From: an uncultured archaeon
GTDB taxonomy: Archaea > Asgardarchaeota > Lokiarchaeia > Sigyniarchaeales > SOKP01
Length of the DNA: 64,000 bases
Reading direction: 5' to 3'
NCBI GenBank assembly: GCA_964388035.1
Contig: CAYLZE010000008.1
Span: forward strand, 22,000 to 85,999
Shown here: positions 59,679 through 64,000 of the stretch, piece after piece
How positions within the stretch are numbered: position 1 is the stretch's first letter
Layout of the letters: every line of letters starts with the position of its first letter
The notes under the pieces: model-generated
The model's database searches: none
Seen by the model: the letters and a program-made list of their open reading frames with translations, nothing else
What the model was told of the DNA's origin: nothing
Position numbers and translations under genes: made by a program

Positions 59679-60128
59679 TCATTCGGAGATCTTAGTAATA
59701 ATATCGTTTGTTAGAATCAAATTTAGTCCTAATTCTTTAATCTTTTTATTATGAGTAAACATGATTCTTTTAATTGCCTTATCATCAACCTCGAAATGTT
59801 CTGCCAGATCATGAACGGAAATGACTTCTGCATTGGCGAAAACATTAGGTAAATCATTAATTATTTTTTCCTCAAAAGGTTTTAAGGATTTATCTAACGA
59901 AATTTCATAACTTTCTCTCAATAATTCTTCCGTCACTTCTTTTAAGTCAATACCATAATTTTTTTTCAAAAGATCAGGATTAAATTCAATCCATTGATGA
60001 ACAATGGTACGGATTACTTCAGATAGATGCAACCTTCGATTATTTGCCATTTTGGAGACTACAGCATGGTCAAATTCATCTAGTCCTACTGTAATGCGCT
60101 TTTTCTTAGTCTCCTCATCGTCCGCCAT
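59679..60128 (-). CDS. Ribbon-helix-helix plus HTH-like DNA-binding protein
   Basis: KKRITVGLDE...V.KMA......SEVIRTIV (RHH) and ISVHDLAEHFEV (HTH). Confidence 0.65.
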   Translation of the reverse strand: MADDEETKKKRITVGLDEFDHAVVSKMANNRRLHLSEVIRTIVHQWIEFNPDLLKKNYGIDLKEVTEELLRESYEISLDKSLKPFEEKIINDLPNVFANAEVISVHDLAEHFEVDDKAIKRIMFTHNKKIKELGLNLILTNDIITKISE

Positions 60129-60341
60129 TTTTAAGAAAAAATCCCGACAATTTTGTATTATTGATCTTAATTAGACCTTGTTTGTATTTAAATTTTTGCA
60201 CTATTGATCTAAAAGTGATGCATTTTTACATCACATTTAAATAAAATGGATGTTATTCTAATAATATCGAAGTAATATTCGTGGACTTCAAATACTTATA
60301 ATTAAAACAAAAAATCTTTTCGATAAGGTCGTGTAGGAAGA

Positions 60342-60992
60342 ATGTTGGAATTAATTCATGAAAGTGAAGAATTTCTTAATACCAAAGAGCGAATTACTGT
60401 TGATTTGATGAAAGATGGTCGCGATTTCCTCGAAAATTTTGAGAAGAACCATGCAATTTTAAAGGAAACCACGGCCATAATTTATAGATTTTTCAAGAGA
60501 TGCGATAAACTACCTCAAAATACGTTTAAATTATTCATTGCTGCTTATTTTATCGTTTCGAGACATCCAAAAGCCTTTCCAATGCATGATTCGAAAGAAA
60601 ATTTTTGCCAGAAATTCGGTATTAAACTTAGCGCATTAGAATATAGCGTGCGAAGAATTGAAGAAGTTTTAAAGTTGAAAAAAATTTTGGACGATAAAAA
60701 TTATCCCTATTATTTTGATCCTCAGCGAGATTTATATTTTCAACTAGTTAAAAAAATAGCTGAATCGAAGGTAGAAGCTGCCATGATGAATTTTTTAATT
60801 AATCATCAACCCATTAATTCCCAAATTATTGCTGAAGAATTGATAAGTGAGGTCATCTTTGAAAAAAAGTGGTATCCGGAAGAGCTATTCCGTCAGTTTT
60901 TTGAAATTCTTCACGTGATAATTGAAGATTTTCTATTCAATTATGAAGAGTACCAAGAATACATTCAATTGCAGCATATGTATCTTATATAA
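60342..60992 (+). CDS. Hypothetical protein with a TFB/cyclin-like helical repeat
   Basis: T.AIIYRF.......FIAAYFIVSR.P.....ENFC..FGIK.SALEY.VRRI...L resembles a TFIIB cyclin repeat. Confidence 0.5.
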   Translation: MLELIHESEEFLNTKERITVDLMKDGRDFLENFEKNHAILKETTAIIYRFFKRCDKLPQNTFKLFIAAYFIVSRHPKAFPMHDSKENFCQKFGIKLSALEYSVRRIEEVLKLKKILDDKNYPYYFDPQRDLYFQLVKKIAESKVEAAMMNFLINHQPINSQIIAEELISEVIFEKKWYPEELFRQFFEILHVIIEDFLFNYEEYQEYIQLQHMYLI

Positions 60993-61109
60993 GATAATAA
61001 TCACCTTATATATTCGTGGATCTTAACAAGATTATTTATCCTCGATTTATTTGTGAACGAAAAAACCTTAACAAAGAATTATTAAAAAAATTCAATATTT
61101 AGATGGCAC

Positions 61110-61481
61110 ATGGCATCTCAAATATTACTTATTTTTTACGCAATACTACTAATTTTTCAATCATTGCACATTTTTAAAGAAATAGGGATGGATGCGTACA
61201 AATTTGCTCCAGTAGGATCGCGAAAAAAATACCTCCGCATTGCCTCAATTATAATGACTATTTATATTCTATCCTATTCATTCATAATATTAGATTTCAA
61301 TTTTTTGCCATGGCTGGGAATTGCATGTTCTTTAATTGCTACGGGAAATTTAATCGTATATTCCATAGGGTTAATCAAAGAAGAAAAATATATTGGTAAT
61401 CTTGCATCGGGTGTATTCTCCAGCATCCCATTAGGACTCTTTAGTATAATTATTCTCATTATCCTCATTCACACCGTTTAG
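61110..61481 (+). CDS. Small four-TM membrane protein, HXXEE-like
   Basis: Four hydrophobic segments; QSLHIFKE is a variant of HxxEE; G..S.IPL near the C-terminus. Confidence 0.6.
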   Translation: MASQILLIFYAILLIFQSLHIFKEIGMDAYKFAPVGSRKKYLRIASIIMTIYILSYSFIILDFNFLPWLGIACSLIATGNLIVYSIGLIKEEKYIGNLASGVFSSIPLGLFSIIILIILIHTV

Positions 61482-61605
61482 AACATCAAGAATGCATTCA
61501 AAAAAAATAAGCTAAAAATTGAGTTCGAAATTGTTCATATATATTTTTTTCTTATAGATGATTTTTACTTTACAAGAAATAATTTAATCTCAATGTGTTT
61601 TTATT

Positions 61606-62616
61606 ATGTCGATTTTTAGTTTGTTTTACTCAAAAACTCCTGAAATAAAAGACGTAAAGAATAAAGTTCCCCTAAATAGTATTGCTTCTTTAGAAAGAAT
61701 AACTATTGGAGGAATTGACCAACAGATTTTAATCCGCAGTCATAATATAGAAAATCCCATATTATTATTCCTTCATGGTGGTCCTGGTGTCCCTGAAATG
61801 CCTTTAGCATACATTTGCCAAAGGAATTTAGAGCGAGATTTTCTTATTGTAAATTGGGATCAAAGAGGAGCAGGCAAGTCGTATTCCAAGGATATCCCTG
61901 AAGAATCTTTCACTATTGAACAATTTATATCGGATGCCCATGAATTGATAATCCATCTTCTTGAAAAATTTGATAAAAAAAAGCTTTTCCTTCTTGGTCA
62001 TTCGTGGGGAAGTGTCTTGGGGATATTGATTGCTCAGAGATATCCTGAATTGATCCATGCTTATGTAGGAATGGGACAAGTTGTTGATGCTTCGAGGGGT
62101 GAAGATATTTCGTATAAGTATGCTCTTGATGCTGCAAAAAAAGCAGGAAATAGAAAGGTTGCTGATAAGTTATTAAACATTAAGCCTCCCTATCAAAATA
62201 ATGTTAAAGATTTATTATTTCAGCGTAAATGGTTGACGAAATACGGAGGAGCCATATATGGAGAGAAATCTCAATGGTGGATTTACAAGAAATTTTTTAG
62301 CTCACCAGAGTATTCATTCATTGATATCATTAAGCTAATTAAAGGTGCACTACATTCGGTTAAAGCGATGTGGGAAGAGATCTGTGAAATTAATTTCTTA
62401 GAGCAAATCCCAGAGCTTAAAGTCCCCGTATACTTTTTCGAAGGTAAAAATGACTTTCAAGTACCCTGTGAACTTGCGGAAGAATATTATCTGAAAATAA
62501 AAGCCCCGAAAAAAGAATTAGTTTGGTTTAATAATTCCGGGCATTCGCCAAATATAGAAGAGCCGAGCAAATTTGAAACAGAAATGATTTCTGAGGTATT
62601 ATCCGAAGCATATTAA
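61606..62616 (+). CDS. Alpha/beta hydrolase (proline iminopeptidase-like)
   Basis: LHGGPG, WDQRGAGKS, GHSWG, G.ND and SGH.P. Confidence 0.92.
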   Translation: MSIFSLFYSKTPEIKDVKNKVPLNSIASLERITIGGIDQQILIRSHNIENPILLFLHGGPGVPEMPLAYICQRNLERDFLIVNWDQRGAGKSYSKDIPEESFTIEQFISDAHELIIHLLEKFDKKKLFLLGHSWGSVLGILIAQRYPELIHAYVGMGQVVDASRGEDISYKYALDAAKKAGNRKVADKLLNIKPPYQNNVKDLLFQRKWLTKYGGAIYGEKSQWWIYKKFFSSPEYSFIDIIKLIKGALHSVKAMWEEICEINFLEQIPELKVPVYFFEGKNDFQVPCELAEEYYLKIKAPKKELVWFNNSGHSPNIEEPSKFETEMISEVLSEAY

Positions 62617-62665
62617 TGAATTTCTTTCTTATAGTTTGGCACATTACAAATTAATTTCTAATATT

Positions 62666-63508
62666 TTATTCATATAAATCTAGCTCTTTAACGATACTTT
62701 CTAGTTTTGAGAATAACCCCGTGATTAAGCTTAACTCTTTCTTCGAGATAAAAGCTCGTTCAATAAGATTTTTAAAGGCAAAGAAAACATTTTGCTTTTT
62801 ATATGTTCTAATTTTCAGTTGATCAATTAAGGTTTTAAGAATGTGGAATAAATTTTGGCGATCTTCTCGATCGGCAATTAATACTGGTTTTGTTCCTCTT
62901 CCTATCTCCAATACGTGATTTTTTTTAAAAATTTCATATAAGATTATTGCACAGGCATGAGAAAGGTTCAAAGCAGAATAAGAGTCATCCGTAGGTATTC
63001 TTAATATTATATCTGCTAATTCAATTTCATCATTCGTTAGACCTCGAGATTCTTTACCAAATAATATTGCAACATTTAAAGGTTTTTTGGATATTGGAAA
63101 TTGGATATCGCTGGGAAAAATAGCAAGCCGCCTTAAATTAGTAAATGATCTCCCTTTTGCCGTAGTCGCGAGAATTAAATCAAATTGATTTAAAAAGTTC
63201 TTTAATTTTAGAAGATGATTTTCGCTTTCCTCAACATTTATTATTTTGGCAGATAACAAAATATCTTTTCCATGCATGGCATACCCTTGAGCTTCATGAC
63301 CTTGAATATCTTCCATCTTTTCCTTGGGATTGAAAAGGATTAATGTTTGAAAATCAAAATTTTTCATGACTCTCGCAATAGCTCCAATATTGCCAAATGT
63401 TTCAGGTTGAATTAGCACCACGGTGAAAGTCCAATTCTTATATATTTCTTGTATTCTCGTGGGCTGAAATGAATTTATATCTCGAAATAATTTTTTTTTA
63501 TTTTTCAA
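62666..63508 (-). CDS. trmJ: tRNA (C32/U32) 2'-O-methyltransferase, SPOUT TrmJ family
   Basis: PETFGNIGAIARVMKNF, AMHG, LFGKESRGLTN.E and IPT...Y.ALNLSHA..IILYE. Confidence 0.9.
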   Translation of the reverse strand: MKNKKKLFRDINSFQPTRIQEIYKNWTFTVVLIQPETFGNIGAIARVMKNFDFQTLILFNPKEKMEDIQGHEAQGYAMHGKDILLSAKIINVEESENHLLKLKNFLNQFDLILATTAKGRSFTNLRRLAIFPSDIQFPISKKPLNVAILFGKESRGLTNDEIELADIILRIPTDDSYSALNLSHACAIILYEIFKKNHVLEIGRGTKPVLIADREDRQNLFHILKTLIDQLKIRTYKKQNVFFAFKNLIERAFISKKELSLITGLFSKLESIVKELDLYE

Positions 63509-63634
63509 TTTTTGGAATCAACTCTTTAAATTTATTATATTATATAGCCCTGAAAAAAGTTTTTAGACCCATTATTGACTGAAAGCATTAAAAAATCGTA
63601 AAGTAAGATAAAAAAAAATGTATTTGCTATTATT

Positions 63635-64000
63635 TTAACTGAGTTTTTTTTTTACATGAAGATTATCAACTGCATTTTTTATTTGATCATAGATTTTTTT
63701 AGAGATCGGGAATTGACTGATTGCAATAAATCCGATTGTTAAAGCGATTGCCGGAAAAATGAACATGAGGCTCCTGAGACCAAAAATTGTTTCTGCTGTG
63801 GTTCCAATGGGATTAAATACAGCCCATCCGACACTATTGAATACGAAATTTATTGTTAGGATTACCAAAATTGTGGATAATTTCGTAATGAGAGCATTTA
63901 TTCCATAATATCCTCCCTCTCTTCGTATTCCTGTCTCGAGTTCATCTTGATCAATTACAGCCCCAAGAAGAATATCTCCAAACATCAGTGCCCCAGAAAG
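63635..64000 (-). CDS. GPH/MFS_2 transporter, 5' end truncated by the window edge
   Basis: DELETGIRREGGYYG and TM segments. Confidence 0.85.
   Translation of the reverse strand, partial: LSGALMFGDILLGAVIDQDELETGIRREGGYYGINALITKLSTILVILTINFVFNSVGWAVFNPIGTTAETIFGLRSLMFIFPAIALTIGFIAISQFPISKKIYDQIKNAVDNLHVKKKLS

Noticed and set aside
178-62137. Numerous short antisense or overlapping ORFs in the six-frame track (for example 978-1337, 25170-25631, 38740-39213, 41880-42389)
   Set aside because: They are shadows of well-supported genes on the opposite strand or in another frame and carry no motifs of their own.
1-64000. CRISPR array, rRNA or tRNA genes
   Set aside because: No regularly spaced repeats or recognisable rRNA/tRNA sequences were seen by eye; a covariance-model scan was not possible.

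Overview
AT-rich (roughly 30% GC by eye) archaeal chromosome segment, most consistent with an Asgard archaeon of the Lokiarchaeia/Promethearchaeota type. This is inferred from two roadblock proteins (one closely resembling dynein DYNLRB), RING-variant zinc fingers, archaeal-type MetG, AOR and TrmJ, many TTG/GTG starts and several GPH-family MFS transporters. About 55 CDS are present: fatty-acid/redox metabolism, a tungsten AOR-LarA cluster, a sugar deacetylase/GH3 cluster, regulators and a 1386-aa surface protein. There is one GC-richer ISL3-like transposase with an A8 slippery site and at least five pseudogenes; no rRNA, tRNA or CRISPR array was recognised. The most notable observations are: (1) a highly divergent RtcB-fold RNA-ligase-like gene, divergently paired with a hypothetical gene and an AAA+ ATPase; (2) a VWA + double RING protein resembling TFIIH p44/Ssl1; (3) a two-gene membrane/left-handed beta-helix module matching the three-repeat terminal domain of Pls-type polymer synthetases; (4) an orphan A/V-ATPase A subunit with GER changed to GEP; (5) genes that appear to need non-canonical ATT/ATA/TTA starts. 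All family calls come from motif recognition by eye, not from database searches.
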